Origin: an uncultured Planctomycetota bacterium
Lineage (GTDB): Bacteria; Planctomycetota; Phycisphaerae; Tepidisphaerales; Tepidisphaeraceae
NCBI GenBank assembly: GCA_963841915.1
Contig: CAWJEN010000005.1
Span: forward strand, 832,001 to 896,000
Length of the DNA: 64,000 bases
Direction of reading: 5' to 3'
Shown in pieces: positions 50,598-61,538 of the stretch (position 1 is its first letter; each line of letters opens with the position of its first letter). The notes under the pieces were generated by a model. That model had not been told where the DNA came from. It saw nothing but the letters and a program-made list of their open reading frames with translations, and searched no databases. Position numbers and translations under genes: made by a program.

Positions 50598-52355
50598 ATG
50601 CACGCCGCCTCCACCGCTACCGACACCATCAAGCCGAAATCGACCAACGGCCCCAGCCCCGTCTTCAAAGGCCGTAGCGGTGCGCAGATCCTGTGCGACA
50701 TGCTCGTCGATCAGCACGGCGTTGACACGATGTTCGGCTACCCGGGCGGGGCGATCCTGCCCGTCTTCGACGCGCTGTACGACACGAAGGCCAACTTCAT
50801 TCTCAACCGCCACGAGCAAGCCAGCGGCCACGCGGCTGACGGTTACGCACGCGTCACCGGCAAGTGCGGCGTCGCCATCGTCACCAGCGGTCCGGGCGCG
50901 ACCAACACCGTCACGCCGCTGGCGACGGCACAAATGGATTCGATCCCGATGATCGTCTTCAGCGGTCAGGTCGCCACCGCCGTCATCGGTAACGACGCCT
51001 TCCAGGAGGCGGACGTCACCGGCATCACGCGGCCCTGCACGAAGTGGAACTACCTCGTCAAGGACGTCCGCGAGCTGCCTCGCGTCATCAACGAGGCGTT
51101 TCTGATTGCCACCAGCGGTCGGCCGGGTCCGGTGCTGATCGACCTGCCCAAGGACGTGACGACGGCCGTGCTGAAGGAAGAGGTCGATGACACGCCGCGG
51201 AATCACATTCTGGCCCGGCAGTTCTTTGGTGCGGCAGGCGGTGACGAGTCGAGCCTGAACACCGCCGCGGAGCTGATCAACAACGCCGAGCGGCCCGTGC
51301 TCTACGTCGGCGGTGGCGCGATCATCGCCAACGCGTGGAAGGAAGTTCGAGCCTGCAGCGACAAGGGCAACATCCCGTGCACCACGACGCTGCTGGGCAT
51401 GGGCGCGTACGACGAGCACGACCCCAAGAGCCTGCACATGCTCGGCATGCACGGCAGCGCCTACGCCAACTACGCCGTCCAGGAGAGCGACGTGCTCATT
51501 GCCGTCGGTGCTCGTTTCGACGACCGCGTCACGGGCAACCTGGCCAGCTTCGCGCCCAACGCCAAGATCATCCACATCGACATCGATCCGTCGAGCATCA
51601 GCAAGAACGTGGATGTCGACTGTGCCGTCATCGGCGACGCCAAGGCGTCGATGGCCGCGCTGGCCGAGCGTCTCGAGTTCCGCGAGCGTGGGACGTGGTT
51701 CGACAAGATCAACACCTGGAAGCAGAAGCACCCGTTCGCGTTCGTCGACGACACTGACCACGCCAAGCCGCAGTACGTGATCGAAGAGCTGCACCGCCAG
51801 ACCAACGGCGAGGCGATCATCACGACGGGCGTCGGTCAGCACCAGATGTGGGCCGCCCAGCATTACCGCTGGCGGTTCCCACGGCAGATGATCACGTCAG
51901 GCGGGCTCGGCACGATGGGCTTTGGCCTGCCATCGGCGCTGGGTGCACAGCTCGGTGCGCCGGACAAGGTCGTCGTCGACATCGACGGCGACGCCAGCTA
52001 CCTCATGACGTGCTACGAGCTGGCGACGCTTGCCGAGTACAACATCCCGGCCAAGATCATGATCCTGAACAACGACTTCCAGGGCATGGTCAAGCAGTGG
52101 CAGGACCTGTTCTACGACAAGCGGTACAGCAACACCCGCATGAAGAACCCGGACTTTGCCGCGATGGCCGAGAGCTTCGGCGTCAAGGGCGTCAAGTGCC
52201 GGGACAAGAAGGAAGTGCCCGCCGCCATCGACGCGATGTTGAGCCACGACGGCCCGGTGGTGGCCGACATTTTCGTCGACCCCGAGGAGCACGTCTACCC
52301 GATGGTGCCCGCCGGTAAGGGTCTGCACGAGATGAAGCTCGGCTCGCTGGCGTGA
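50598..52355 (+). CDS. ilvB: Acetolactate synthase large subunit
   Basis: FGYPGGA, RHEQ, TSGPGATN, GQHQMW, GGLGTMG and GDAS...NN ThDP motif. Confidence 0.96.
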   Translation: MHAASTATDTIKPKSTNGPSPVFKGRSGAQILCDMLVDQHGVDTMFGYPGGAILPVFDALYDTKANFILNRHEQASGHAADGYARVTGKCGVAIVTSGPGATNTVTPLATAQMDSIPMIVFSGQVATAVIGNDAFQEADVTGITRPCTKWNYLVKDVRELPRVINEAFLIATSGRPGPVLIDLPKDVTTAVLKEEVDDTPRNHILARQFFGAAGGDESSLNTAAELINNAERPVLYVGGGAIIANAWKEVRACSDKGNIPCTTTLLGMGAYDEHDPKSLHMLGMHGSAYANYAVQESDVLIAVGARFDDRVTGNLASFAPNAKIIHIDIDPSSISKNVDVDCAVIGDAKASMAALAERLEFRERGTWFDKINTWKQKHPFAFVDDTDHAKPQYVIEELHRQTNGEAIITTGVGQHQMWAAQHYRWRFPRQMITSGGLGTMGFGLPSALGAQLGAPDKVVVDIDGDASYLMTCYELATLAEYNIPAKIMILNNDFQGMVKQWQDLFYDKRYSNTRMKNPDFAAMAESFGVKGVKCRDKKEVPAAIDAMLSHDGPVVADIFVDPEEHVYPMVPAGKGLHEMKLGSLA

Positions 52356-52382
52356 GCCGGCTGAGGCCTTATTGAGCACGAA

Positions 52383-52409
52383 GCCGCGTCCTCGGACGCG
52401 GCCTTTTTT
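52383..52409 (+). terminator. Rho-independent terminator after ilvB
   Basis: GCCGCGTC-CTCG-GACGCGGC followed by CTTTTTT. Confidence 0.85.
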
Positions 52410-52423
52410 GCTGGACGCAAGAT

Positions 52424-52831
52424 CTACTCCTGCGATGGCGTGTGACTCTGCAGGAATCGCAACAGCATGTCCGCATCGCCAAAGCCGCCACGGGCGACGA
52501 CGTCGGCATCTTGCACGACGATGATTGTGGGTATCGACTCGACGCCGTACTTCGCCGCGAGTTCAGGCTGTTGATCGATGTCGATGTAGACTGGAATGTA
52601 CTGCTCGCGGATGACCGCTTCCACGCGATCGTCCGGCCAGGCGTTGGCCTTCATCGTCTTGCAAGGCGGGCACCAGTCGGCGGTGAAATACAGCAGCGAC
52701 GGCTTGGCCATGTTGACCGGGATCGACGTCTGCCACTCAATGTCGGCCGGGCCCTTGCTCGCACCGCGGATGGCCGAGCCGACCGCCAGCAGGGCCACGA
52801 CGGACCCGACGATGATGAGCGGCTTGTTCAT
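52424..52831 (-). CDS. Membrane-anchored thioredoxin-family protein
   Basis: FTADWCPPC and IPT cis-Pro motif. Confidence 0.9.
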   Translation of the reverse strand: MNKPLIIVGSVVALLAVGSAIRGASKGPADIEWQTSIPVNMAKPSLLYFTADWCPPCKTMKANAWPDDRVEAVIREQYIPVYIDIDQQPELAAKYGVESIPTIIVVQDADVVARGGFGDADMLLRFLQSHTPSQE

Positions 52832-52855
52832 AGTTGTTACGTTACGCCGCCTCTC

Positions 52856-53863
52856 TCACGCCGCGTCGAGCAGGGCCCGCACCCGTGGCACGTAGCGGCG
52901 CACCGCTTCGTACACGCCGTCGTTGTCGTTGCTCGGGGCAACCCATTTTGCAATCGCTTTGCACTCGTCGCAGCCGTTGCTCATGGCAACAGGCGTGCCG
53001 GCACTCTTGAGCATGTCGAGATCGTTGATCGCGTCTCCGACAGCCATCGCGTTGCGTGGGTCGACGCCATACCGGTCGCATACGAGTCGAAGCGCCACAT
53101 CTTTACCGGCCTCGAAGCTCATGACCTGCACGAGGTCTGGGTCCGCGTGCACGACCTTGGCCACATCGCCGAACTTGGCCCGCAGTGCCTCACGCACGCG
53201 TGCCACTTTCCGCGGCTCGGCCAGGAACATCAGCTTCGTCGTCGGCTGGCGGCCCCAACTGCTCAGCGGCGCGACCACGTCAGGCCGAAACAATCGCCCG
53301 GTCACCGTCGTGCGATAAGGGTCGTGACGGTCGGTGTACCAGCGATCGACCACCTCGGCGGCGACCTGCACGTTTGGCACGACATCACGCGCCAGCTTCG
53401 CCATCTCCCACACGAGCGGCCCCTGCATCGGCCAGTGGTGCACGGGCCTGCCTGCCTTGGGATCCCACAGCAACGCACCGTTATAATTGATCTGCCACGT
53501 GTCGAGGCCAAGCCCTTCGTAGATTGCCCGGCAGCTCCGCGGCGGCCTGGCGCTGGCGAGCACGACCTTAATGCCGTGCCGCTCGAGCAGTCGCAACGCC
53601 TTGACCGTCGGACCGCTGATGCGCTTCTTGCTGTCGAGCAACGTGCCGTCGAGATCCAGCGCGACGAGCTCGACCGGCCGATTGACGAGACCGAGCCGTA
53701 GCCCGAGCCAGCCCAGTCCTCGCCGCAGGGCTGTCTGCTTCGGCGAACTGCTGTGCCGCGGCGGCGTGTTCGGGGCGACGATGGGCGGCGGATCGCGACG
53801 CACCGGCCGTGCCGGGGGCACGGGGGTGGCAGGTCGGGCTGGTGCGGTGGCCGTCTTGATCAC
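52856..53863 (-). CDS. Cof-type HAD-IIB hydrolase; start uncertain
   Basis: DLDGTLL, NGA, K motif, GDAIND and NDNDGV. Confidence 0.9.
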   Translation of the reverse strand: MIKTATAPARPATPVPPARPVRRDPPPIVAPNTPPRHSSSPKQTALRRGLGWLGLRLGLVNRPVELVALDLDGTLLDSKKRISGPTVKALRLLERHGIKVVLASARPPRSCRAIYEGLGLDTWQINYNGALLWDPKAGRPVHHWPMQGPLVWEMAKLARDVVPNVQVAAEVVDRWYTDRHDPYRTTVTGRLFRPDVVAPLSSWGRQPTTKLMFLAEPRKVARVREALRAKFGDVAKVVHADPDLVQVMSFEAGKDVALRLVCDRYGVDPRNAMAVGDAINDLDMLKSAGTPVAMSNGCDECKAIAKWVAPSNDNDGVYEAVRRYVPRVRALLDAA

Positions 53864-53938
53864 GGGGTTGCGTTCCGTTCGCGGGATAAGCGGGCGCCTC
53901 CTTGGCCCGCTGACAGTCTCCGACCCTCCGTGGCGGCA

Positions 53939-56900
53939 TCATCCGCCTTCGACGGTTGCCGCGTCAAGTACGACGCGTTGGCAGTGCCGATCCTGAACGC
54001 GAATCAGCCACGCCTCCACCGCCCGGCCTGTGCCGGCCGCGCAGGCCATGGCCAATGCCGCAGCCCGACCGACCGTTGCCGAGGGCTCTGCCCACACGAC
54101 ATCGACCATCACGAGCGGCCGCTTGACGTCGTTTGTCTCGATGAGCAACCCTGCCCGCCCACGCACCATCGGCCGGTCCCACGTCTCGCCATCGCCCGCC
54201 AGCAATAGCGGCACGTCCACCAATGCCCGCGCTCCCTGCTCCAACGCCCGCAACGGCTCCGTCGCCGCGAGCCAGTCGGCCGCCTCCCGGTCCTTGTCGT
54301 CGATATCCAAAGCTTCACCCGTCTCGGCAGCGACGATCAGCTTCCGCACCCAGTCGAGCACGATCTGCTCATTCGTTGACGCCACTCGCGGCGATAGATC
54401 GACCGCCGCCTCGCGGCGCGTTGCTTCTACGAATCTGTACGACGCTGCGAGCCGACGAACCGTTGAAGCCGTTTCATCATCAACATCACCCTCGGCCTCG
54501 ACGGCTTCGAGACGCTTCACGCTAAGCGGGACCGCTTCTCGATCGCTCGCGTCGACGATCACATCATGATCAACCGCCGCCTCGACGCGGATGGCCAGGT
54601 GCTCCGCCCGGCCCGCCGCCGCCCAAACGAGCCACTCGAGGAATGATCGCCCCTTGAGCACGTCGCTGCCGTCGAGGCGATCGACCGCCGCGTAGGCCTC
54701 GGCCACCTCGAGTAGTTTCACCGCCGACCGTGCGTGCCCGATGCACACGAGGTGCTCCCGGGCCCGCGTCATGGCCACGTACAGAAGTCGAAGCTCCTCA
54801 GCCAGCGCCGCCTTCGTCAACAACCGGCCGGCAATGAACGACTGCGGTGACTCGAAGCGCACTTGTTTAGCACGGTCGACGGCCGGCACCGCCAACGCCA
54901 CGTCGGCGTGGACCCGCACCTTTGCCTGCACCGACCGCATGTTGTGCGCTTTGCCACACCCGGCGACGAACACAATCGGGAACTCCAGCCCCTTGGCCGC
55001 GTGGATGCTCATGAGGCGAACCACGTTGTCTGCCGCCTCGCCACTCGTCGCCTGACCGACCTCGCCCGCTTCGTCGATCGCCGCGAGGTAGCTGACGAAG
55101 TCACCCACACCCGCGCCACGGCGACCGGCATCAAAGGCGATCGCCCGCTCGTGCAGATCAATCAGGTTTGCATGTCTCTGGCTTCCGTCCCGTAACCCCG
55201 TGACGTACGCGAGGTAGCCGCTGTGGGTCAGCACACGCCACACCGTGTCGGCCACCGGTCGCGACTGCCCATACGCCGCCCACTCGTCCAGCTGACCAAG
55301 CGCTTGCTGCACAGCGGGATCGGTTGCCGCATACGCATCAACAGCGTCGGCGAAATGTCGCGCCTCCGGCCCGGCGACGCGACAACGACCTAGCACGTCG
55401 GCCCCGTCCGTCAGCCCCGCGATCGGCGACCGCAGGTAGGCCGCAAGCTCCACGTCGCGTCTGCGGTTGTCGAGCAGACGCAGCACGCTGACGACATCAA
55501 GCACCTCGGTCGTCGAGAAGAAACCGGTACCGACCTCTGAGGTGCATGGAACGCCGCTGCGCCGCATGGCGGCCGTGAAGCGACGACTACCGAAACGCGG
55601 TGACCGCATGAGCACCGCGACGTGCCGCCAGTCAAGCGCGACCACCACGCCGTCAACTACGACCTGTCTACCTTCGTCTTGCCAGGCGTGCAACTGCTTC
55701 GCAATGGCGACGGCTTCGCGCTCGACCTGTTCGAGCTCGAGCGTCTGGTCGTCGGCCTCTTCGTCCGGTGCGCCGTCGAGTACCAGCACATCGATTGGCG
55801 ATCCGGCGAATCCTTGAGCCGGAGGGGCGTCATGCGTGCCGCCCGGTCGAAGCGCGTGGCCGTCGGCGTAGTCAATCCCGACGTCGCGCTCGCTCGTCAT
55901 CAAGCGAGACATCGCGACGTTGATCGCGCTCAACAGCGGCGGACGGCTGCGGAAGTTCGACTGCAGGTTGATCCGCAATCGGCCTTCCGTTGCGTCGGCA
56001 GCGTGCAGCCGATCAAGAAACCGTCGCGGCTCTGCGTGCCGAAAGCCGTAGACGCTCTGCTTGACATCGCCGACCGAGAACAGGTTTGCGTTGCCCGCAT
56101 CGGCGGGGCGGCTGATGAGCGACAACAAGGCATCCTGCAACGCGTTGAGGTCCTGCGACTCGTCAACGAGCACGTGGGCATACCGCTGTCGGAGTTCGCG
56201 GGCAACGGCCGTCGCCTTGCCTGTCTCATCCCGCAGCAGGTCGAGCGCGAGGTGCGAGACATCGGCAAAGTCGAGCGAGCGCAGCCGCCGCTTCTCGGCC
56301 GCGTACCGGTCGGCAAAGCTGTCGAGCAACGCCAGCAGCGTTCGCGTCGGCTGCACCGTCGACGCAAGCCCGCTCTGCCAAGCGTCACCGACCGACAGCA
56401 CCGCAGCGAGGTCGCTCTTGGTGATGGCCTCGCGCAGCGGCTCGAGGGCTTGCTTGATCGCCTCCTTCTCCGGCCCCTTCTTACCGAGCGCGAGTGTGCC
56501 GGTCGGTGTGACGACCGCCGCCGACGCGGCGGCAAGGTCACCCGCATCGAGTGCGGCCGCGACGGCATCGGCCACGTCGGACCAACCCTCGGCAAACGCG
56601 ATCAGCCTCGCCAGCTTCGGTTCAGATCGTCCCGCGTCGCAAGCCCAGCGCACGCGTCGGGCCATCATCGGCAGATCGGGTGTCGACTCCCGAACGGCCT
56701 CGAGAAACGCGCGGCCCAGCGTCGTCGTAAACAGGTCGCCCGACTCGGCCGCTTCTTCAACGTCACGCAGCGCCCGCGTCTTGCGATCGGCCGGATCGGG
56801 TAGGGCGGCCAGCGTCTCGTGCAGCGACACGATCGTCTGCGCCATCGCACGCAGGTTGCCGTCGAACAAGTCATCGGCAAGCTCGGCAACGGCCTCATCC

Positions 56901-57349
56901 TCGCCCAGCGCGATGTCGATCGTCTCACCCGCCGCTTGCCGTCGCAGCACCGCGGCCTGCTCGGCATCGAGTGTCGCAAATGCCGGATCCACCCCGGCCG
57001 CCTGATCATTGCGGCGTACCAGGTTTCCGCAGAAACCATCAATCGTCCCGATAAAGCCCCCGCTGAGTCGTTCGAGCTCATGGGCGAGATGGTCACGCAA
57101 AGACTCGTCGATCTGCGACTCGACGGACTCCGTCAGACGGCCGGCGATTCGACCCCGCATCTCATCGGCTGCAGCGTTGGTGAACGTGACGACGAGCAAA
57201 TCACCCACGCTGCAACCCGTCGACAGCAAGTGCACGTAGCGCTCGGCGAGCGTTGCCGTCTTGCCGCTACCGGCGGCAGCGCTGACGGCTAGCTCGACGC
57301 CCGTCGTCTCGATCGCTCGACGTTGATCGCTCGTCCAGTCGACGCTCAT
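53939..57349 (-). CDS. addA: AddA-like UvrD helicase with a degenerate C-terminal nuclease domain
   Basis: AAAGSGKT, TFTNAAA, VDESQD, VGDVKQSVYGFR, NFRS, SIHAAKGLEF and YVAMTRA. Confidence 0.9.
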   Translation of the reverse strand: MSVDWTSDQRRAIETTGVELAVSAAAGSGKTATLAERYVHLLSTGCSVGDLLVVTFTNAAADEMRGRIAGRLTESVESQIDESLRDHLAHELERLSGGFIGTIDGFCGNLVRRNDQAAGVDPAFATLDAEQAAVLRRQAAGETIDIALGEDEAVAELADDLFDGNLRAMAQTIVSLHETLAALPDPADRKTRALRDVEEAAESGDLFTTTLGRAFLEAVRESTPDLPMMARRVRWACDAGRSEPKLARLIAFAEGWSDVADAVAAALDAGDLAAASAAVVTPTGTLALGKKGPEKEAIKQALEPLREAITKSDLAAVLSVGDAWQSGLASTVQPTRTLLALLDSFADRYAAEKRRLRSLDFADVSHLALDLLRDETGKATAVARELRQRYAHVLVDESQDLNALQDALLSLISRPADAGNANLFSVGDVKQSVYGFRHAEPRRFLDRLHAADATEGRLRINLQSNFRSRPPLLSAINVAMSRLMTSERDVGIDYADGHALRPGGTHDAPPAQGFAGSPIDVLVLDGAPDEEADDQTLELEQVEREAVAIAKQLHAWQDEGRQVVVDGVVVALDWRHVAVLMRSPRFGSRRFTAAMRRSGVPCTSEVGTGFFSTTEVLDVVSVLRLLDNRRRDVELAAYLRSPIAGLTDGADVLGRCRVAGPEARHFADAVDAYAATDPAVQQALGQLDEWAAYGQSRPVADTVWRVLTHSGYLAYVTGLRDGSQRHANLIDLHERAIAFDAGRRGAGVGDFVSYLAAIDEAGEVGQATSGEAADNVVRLMSIHAAKGLEFPIVFVAGCGKAHNMRSVQAKVRVHADVALAVPAVDRAKQVRFESPQSFIAGRLLTKAALAEELRLLYVAMTRAREHLVCIGHARSAVKLLEVAEAYAAVDRLDGSDVLKGRSFLEWLVWAAAGRAEHLAIRVEAAVDHDVIVDASDREAVPLSVKRLEAVEAEGDVDDETASTVRRLAASYRFVEATRREAAVDLSPRVASTNEQIVLDWVRKLIVAAETGEALDIDDKDREAADWLAATEPLRALEQGARALVDVPLLLAGDGETWDRPMVRGRAGLLIETNDVKRPLVMVDVVWAEPSATVGRAAALAMACAAGTGRAVEAWLIRVQDRHCQRVVLDAATVEGG

Positions 57350-60300
57350 GCTTCTGCTTCCGGTAGAATCAGCTCAGGTCGGCGGTACTGATCGTCGGGC
57401 GGATCGAAGCGACAGACCGCCAGATACCCGCATCGGCCGCAGGGCGTCTCGTTGCCGAGCCGGTACGGATTCGGTCGGATGTCTCCGTCGAGGATGCCGT
57501 CGGCGAGCTTACCGATAAGGTCAGCGATCGCCTTCAGCACGTCGTCGAGACGACCCTCGGCCAGCAGGTCGCCGCCTTTGTAGGGTTCGCCTGACTTCTT
57601 CACCTGTGCGGAGAAGACGTCGCTTTTGCCTTGGTTGTGATGCTCTGCGTCGGGACGATCGTTGGCAAAGAAGCCGTCGAGTAACGGCAGGCCGTCGTAG
57701 GCGATGAGGCCGCGAGGCTTTTCTCTGAGGAAGAACGCATCTTCGGGCGGTGCGGGCTCGTCGGCCGGGTCGTCGACCGTGCGGAAGACGCGCCCGACGC
57801 CGACCTCCAACGCGGCGATGGGGTTGCCCCCGCCATCACCGAGTGCTTCGCCCTGATCTGTCAGAACCAGCAGGTTTGCCACGAGCTGCAGGGCCAGGCC
57901 GTACTCGACGCGTCGGGTGATCGCCTGGGCCGAGCCGCGATAATCGATCGCAGCCGCTCCGACGCCAGGTGCAATGTCGACGCGATCGATGTGCCCGCTG
58001 AGGTGCACGACGCGACCCTTGGGCGTGCTGATGGCGAGCGGTTTAAGCGCCGCGTCGTCGTGGTCGGCAAAGCTGACGCCTGTCGCCGCCGGACGCGTCA
58101 TGCCGCGAGACCATGCCGCCCGTTGTGCCTCCAGCACCTCGGCAAGCGTTTGCTCGACGCGAGCCAGCAGGTACCGCCCGCGACCGCTTTCGCCGAAGAT
58201 GTTGCCGCGAAGTTCCTTGGCCACTTCGCGTGCGACGGCTGGAAGTCGCTGCTTGAGCTGCTCGGCTCCGCCGGCAGTTGAAACGTCGACGCCTTCCTCG
58301 ATGGCATTGGAGACGAGTCGCTCGAGCACGCCGTGCGCGGCAAGGCCGACGTCGCGGGGCGTTGCTTCACCACCCATGGGTTCGGCAAGGCCCAGCGTGT
58401 CCTTGGCGAAGCCGCGAAACGGGCAGTGGGCGAATCGCTCAACCCGCGCGACGGTTGCCGACAGCTCGCCTGCGAAGAGCGCGTCACGCGTCGCCGGCTG
58501 CAACCGCGGGTCGTTCTCATAGGTGAGCGACCGCCACGCCTTGATGACGTTTGCCTGGTCGCGAAGCGCGTTGTACAGGTGCGTCTCAGGTGCCTGTGGA
58601 TTCGCCCCGTCTTTCGCCCACACCAGCAGGCGGCGGGTTGCGTCGCGCGTCGTCACCGTCGGCGAGGTGACCCGTGACGCCGTGACGCCGAGCGTCGTGG
58701 CGACGCGGGTCCAGAACGGCGATGCGACCCGCGACCGACCTGAAGTGTCAGTTGTCGGGCGGGTCAAGGTGAGTCGTGACGACGCGAGTGTCATCGCGCG
58801 GTACGCGTGTCGTCGCTCTTCGACGGCGACGTCGGCCGGATCATCGACGTCGATGCCGAGTTGCCTGAGTCGGCGGCGGTCCTCGTCGCTCAAGACCTCG
58901 ACCGCGCGGTCACCCGGCGGAAAGATGCCGTCACTGAGGCCTACCACCACGCACCGCTGCACACCTGCCGGTAAGACGGCGCGCGTCACATCGGCCAGCA
59001 GCACCGCGTCCACCGTCGGCGGCCGGACGGCGAATTCCAGCCGGTCCAGCGCCGCGTCGAGCATCGTCGCAAACCGCTTGCCCGACATCTCTTCGACGCC
59101 GATGAGGGCCGTCGCCTGGGCCATCGCGTTTGCGATGCCGGCAAACGCCTGTTTCCCTTCGTCGTCCTCTTTGAGCTGCGATGCAAGATCAAACCGCTCG
59201 ATCGTCTCGGTCATCGCCTCGGCGTGCCGTGCAAGTGGCCGGTCGCTGCCGTCGAAGGAGGCGAGGATCGGCTCGAGCATCGACACGAGCCGCCGTCTGG
59301 CCGCGTCGGCCATGTTCGCATCTTCGGGCGTATCAACCGAAAGCGACTGCCAATCCCCCGGCTGCTCCCAGGCACGACGGCCGTGCATGCGTCGGTCGTC
59401 GACAAAGGCTTCGAGCACATCTCGCTCCGCTTGCGTCAGGCCGGCCAGCGGGTTCTTGGCCAGATTCATCGCCTGCCGGTGCGGCCACGCGTCGGCCGCA
59501 CACGCCAAGGCCGCCCGTAGCAGCCGCACCACCGCATGATGCCGAGCCGGCCGACGCCTGTCGGTAAACGTTGCCAATCCCGCCTCGGCAAACAGCGGTT
59601 CGAGCAGCCCGACGTACGGCTCTGCTTTGCGAAACAGCACACAGCAGTCCCGCAGCCGCGCACCTTCGAGCGTCCAGTCCTGAATCTGTGCCACCGCGGC
59701 GGCGACCTCGGCCCGCTCGTCCGTCGCCTCCAGAAGCCGAACCGCACTTACGTTTATGCCAACCGCTCGCGACGGTCGCGGTTGCGGGAAATCCCGCTCG
59801 ATCGTCGCCAGGTCCGCCGTCGCGAACCGCGGCCGATCCTTGAGCAACGTCGGCTGCCCGACCGTCACACCCTCGCTGCGCAGCGCCTGCTGCAGTGCAA
59901 GCCGTTCGATCGTCGCCTTGCCGAAGAGGCTGTTCCGATCGGTCGTGTTGAGCGATGCCGGGTCGTCGGTAAAGGTGACGAGCGTCTGGTCGCAGTACCT
60001 AGCCATGCTGGCGATGAGCTGCCGCTCGAAGCCACGGATCGAGCGAAAGCCGTCGACGAACAACGTCGCACCGGCAAGGCCGGTCGCGTGCGGGATGCGC
60101 TCAAGGGCGTGGCCGAACCGGGCGTTGACATCGAGCCGGTCACCAAGCAGCGTCTCGTACCGGTCGGCGATAAGGGCCAAATCGTGGAGTTTGGCCAGCA
60201 GCTCCGGGTCGCCTTCCGGGTCGCCCGTAAGCCGGTCGGCCACGTTTTTGGCAGATTCGCCCGCCCGCTCAAGGTCAGCCAACGCCGCGTCCACGCGGGC

Positions 60301-60666
60301 GGTGGTTCCTTGCCGATTCGCTGCGTCGCGGAAGTGAAGCAAACGAGCATCAAGCGTGCGCAGTAGGTGGCCGATCAGCAGCTCGCGACCGACGCGGTCA
60401 ATGGTGACATCGCCCTGGCCGCCACTGTCGCGGACGATCCAGCCGGCCAGTGCTTCGGGGTCGACTACACGCACCCGCAACGTCGCAGCGCCTGCCGTCA
60501 AAGCCAGGTGCCGTTCCATCTCGAAGGTCGCCTGCTTCGGTACAAGCACGAAGATCGGCGGCCCCAGTGACGCGGCCTTTGTTGATGCGAGGACCCGATC
60601 GAGAACAAACCGACTCTTACCCGAACCGGCGCGCCCGATCACAAAGCTGGCTCGGGGTGACGGCAC
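57346..60666 (-). CDS. addB: AddB-like subunit with Fe-S cysteines
   Basis: GRAGSGKS, VPKQATF, CPF...CGRCGYLAVC and GHIDRVD; coupled to addA. Confidence 0.88.
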   Translation of the reverse strand: MPSPRASFVIGRAGSGKSRFVLDRVLASTKAASLGPPIFVLVPKQATFEMERHLALTAGAATLRVRVVDPEALAGWIVRDSGGQGDVTIDRVGRELLIGHLLRTLDARLLHFRDAANRQGTTARVDAALADLERAGESAKNVADRLTGDPEGDPELLAKLHDLALIADRYETLLGDRLDVNARFGHALERIPHATGLAGATLFVDGFRSIRGFERQLIASMARYCDQTLVTFTDDPASLNTTDRNSLFGKATIERLALQQALRSEGVTVGQPTLLKDRPRFATADLATIERDFPQPRPSRAVGINVSAVRLLEATDERAEVAAAVAQIQDWTLEGARLRDCCVLFRKAEPYVGLLEPLFAEAGLATFTDRRRPARHHAVVRLLRAALACAADAWPHRQAMNLAKNPLAGLTQAERDVLEAFVDDRRMHGRRAWEQPGDWQSLSVDTPEDANMADAARRRLVSMLEPILASFDGSDRPLARHAEAMTETIERFDLASQLKEDDEGKQAFAGIANAMAQATALIGVEEMSGKRFATMLDAALDRLEFAVRPPTVDAVLLADVTRAVLPAGVQRCVVVGLSDGIFPPGDRAVEVLSDEDRRRLRQLGIDVDDPADVAVEERRHAYRAMTLASSRLTLTRPTTDTSGRSRVASPFWTRVATTLGVTASRVTSPTVTTRDATRRLLVWAKDGANPQAPETHLYNALRDQANVIKAWRSLTYENDPRLQPATRDALFAGELSATVARVERFAHCPFRGFAKDTLGLAEPMGGEATPRDVGLAAHGVLERLVSNAIEEGVDVSTAGGAEQLKQRLPAVAREVAKELRGNIFGESGRGRYLLARVEQTLAEVLEAQRAAWSRGMTRPAATGVSFADHDDAALKPLAISTPKGRVVHLSGHIDRVDIAPGVGAAAIDYRGSAQAITRRVEYGLALQLVANLLVLTDQGEALGDGGGNPIAALEVGVGRVFRTVDDPADEPAPPEDAFFLREKPRGLIAYDGLPLLDGFFANDRPDAEHHNQGKSDVFSAQVKKSGEPYKGGDLLAEGRLDDVLKAIADLIGKLADGILDGDIRPNPYRLGNETPCGRCGYLAVCRFDPPDDQYRRPELILPEAEA

Positions 60667-60708
60667 GTCGCTAAGGCTACGGACGCCCGCGCGGGTGTAC
60701 CATCACGC

Positions 60709-61527
60709 ATGCACGTCGAACGCCTGCTCGATAACCGCTGCAAACTCGCAGAAGGTCCGGTGTGGCACGAGGGTGCGTTCTGGTTTGTCGACATCGAAGG
60801 CAAGGCGATCCATCGCATGGGCGACGGCGCGCATGAGACGTGGGACATGCCCTCGCGGGTCGGTGCCGCCTTGCCGGCACGGGGCGGGCGCTGGCTCGTC
60901 GCGCTCGAAGACGGCCTGCACGCCTGGACGCCCGGGCAGGTGCCGACGCTGCTGGTCGACCCAGAAGCCGACAAGCCGAACAACCGTTTCAACGACGCCA
61001 AAGCCGCGCCGGATGGAACCGTCTTTGCCGGCACGATGGCCATGGGCGACCCGCGCGACGGCCAGGGCACGTTGTGGCGCTACGACGGCCGCGACGCCAC
61101 CGCCGTCGTCGAGCAGGTCACGATCAGCAACGGCCTGGACTGGTCGAATGACCGCCGCACGATGTGGTTCATCGACACACCCACCGGCCGCGTCGACGCC
61201 TTCGACTACGACGCAGGCAACATGTCCAATCGACGCAAAGTCATCGACAACTTCCCGGGCAATCCCGACGGACTCTGCGCAGCGACCGACGACACGCTCT
61301 TCGTCGCCCAATGGGGCGGTGGGTGCGTCGTCCACTGCAACCCGGCCACCGGTGAGCACCTCCGCCGCATCGACCTCCCGGCGGACAACGTGACGAGTTG
61401 CTGCTTCGGGGGGACGAACTTGGACACGCTCTACATCACGACCGCAGCGGGCGGCGTCTTTGCCGTCCACGACGTCGGCTGCGTCGGCCGGCCCGTTACG
61501 CTGGCAACGTTGAACACAAGCAGCTAG
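60709..61527 (+). CDS. SMP-30/gluconolactonase/LRE family protein
   Basis: LAEGPVW, RFND, ISNG, PDG and FGG.NLDTLYITTA. Confidence 0.92.
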   Translation: MHVERLLDNRCKLAEGPVWHEGAFWFVDIEGKAIHRMGDGAHETWDMPSRVGAALPARGGRWLVALEDGLHAWTPGQVPTLLVDPEADKPNNRFNDAKAAPDGTVFAGTMAMGDPRDGQGTLWRYDGRDATAVVEQVTISNGLDWSNDRRTMWFIDTPTGRVDAFDYDAGNMSNRRKVIDNFPGNPDGLCAATDDTLFVAQWGGGCVVHCNPATGEHLRRIDLPADNVTSCCFGGTNLDTLYITTAAGGVFAVHDVGCVGRPVTLATLNTSS

Positions 61528-61538
61528 CGAGGCATTCG

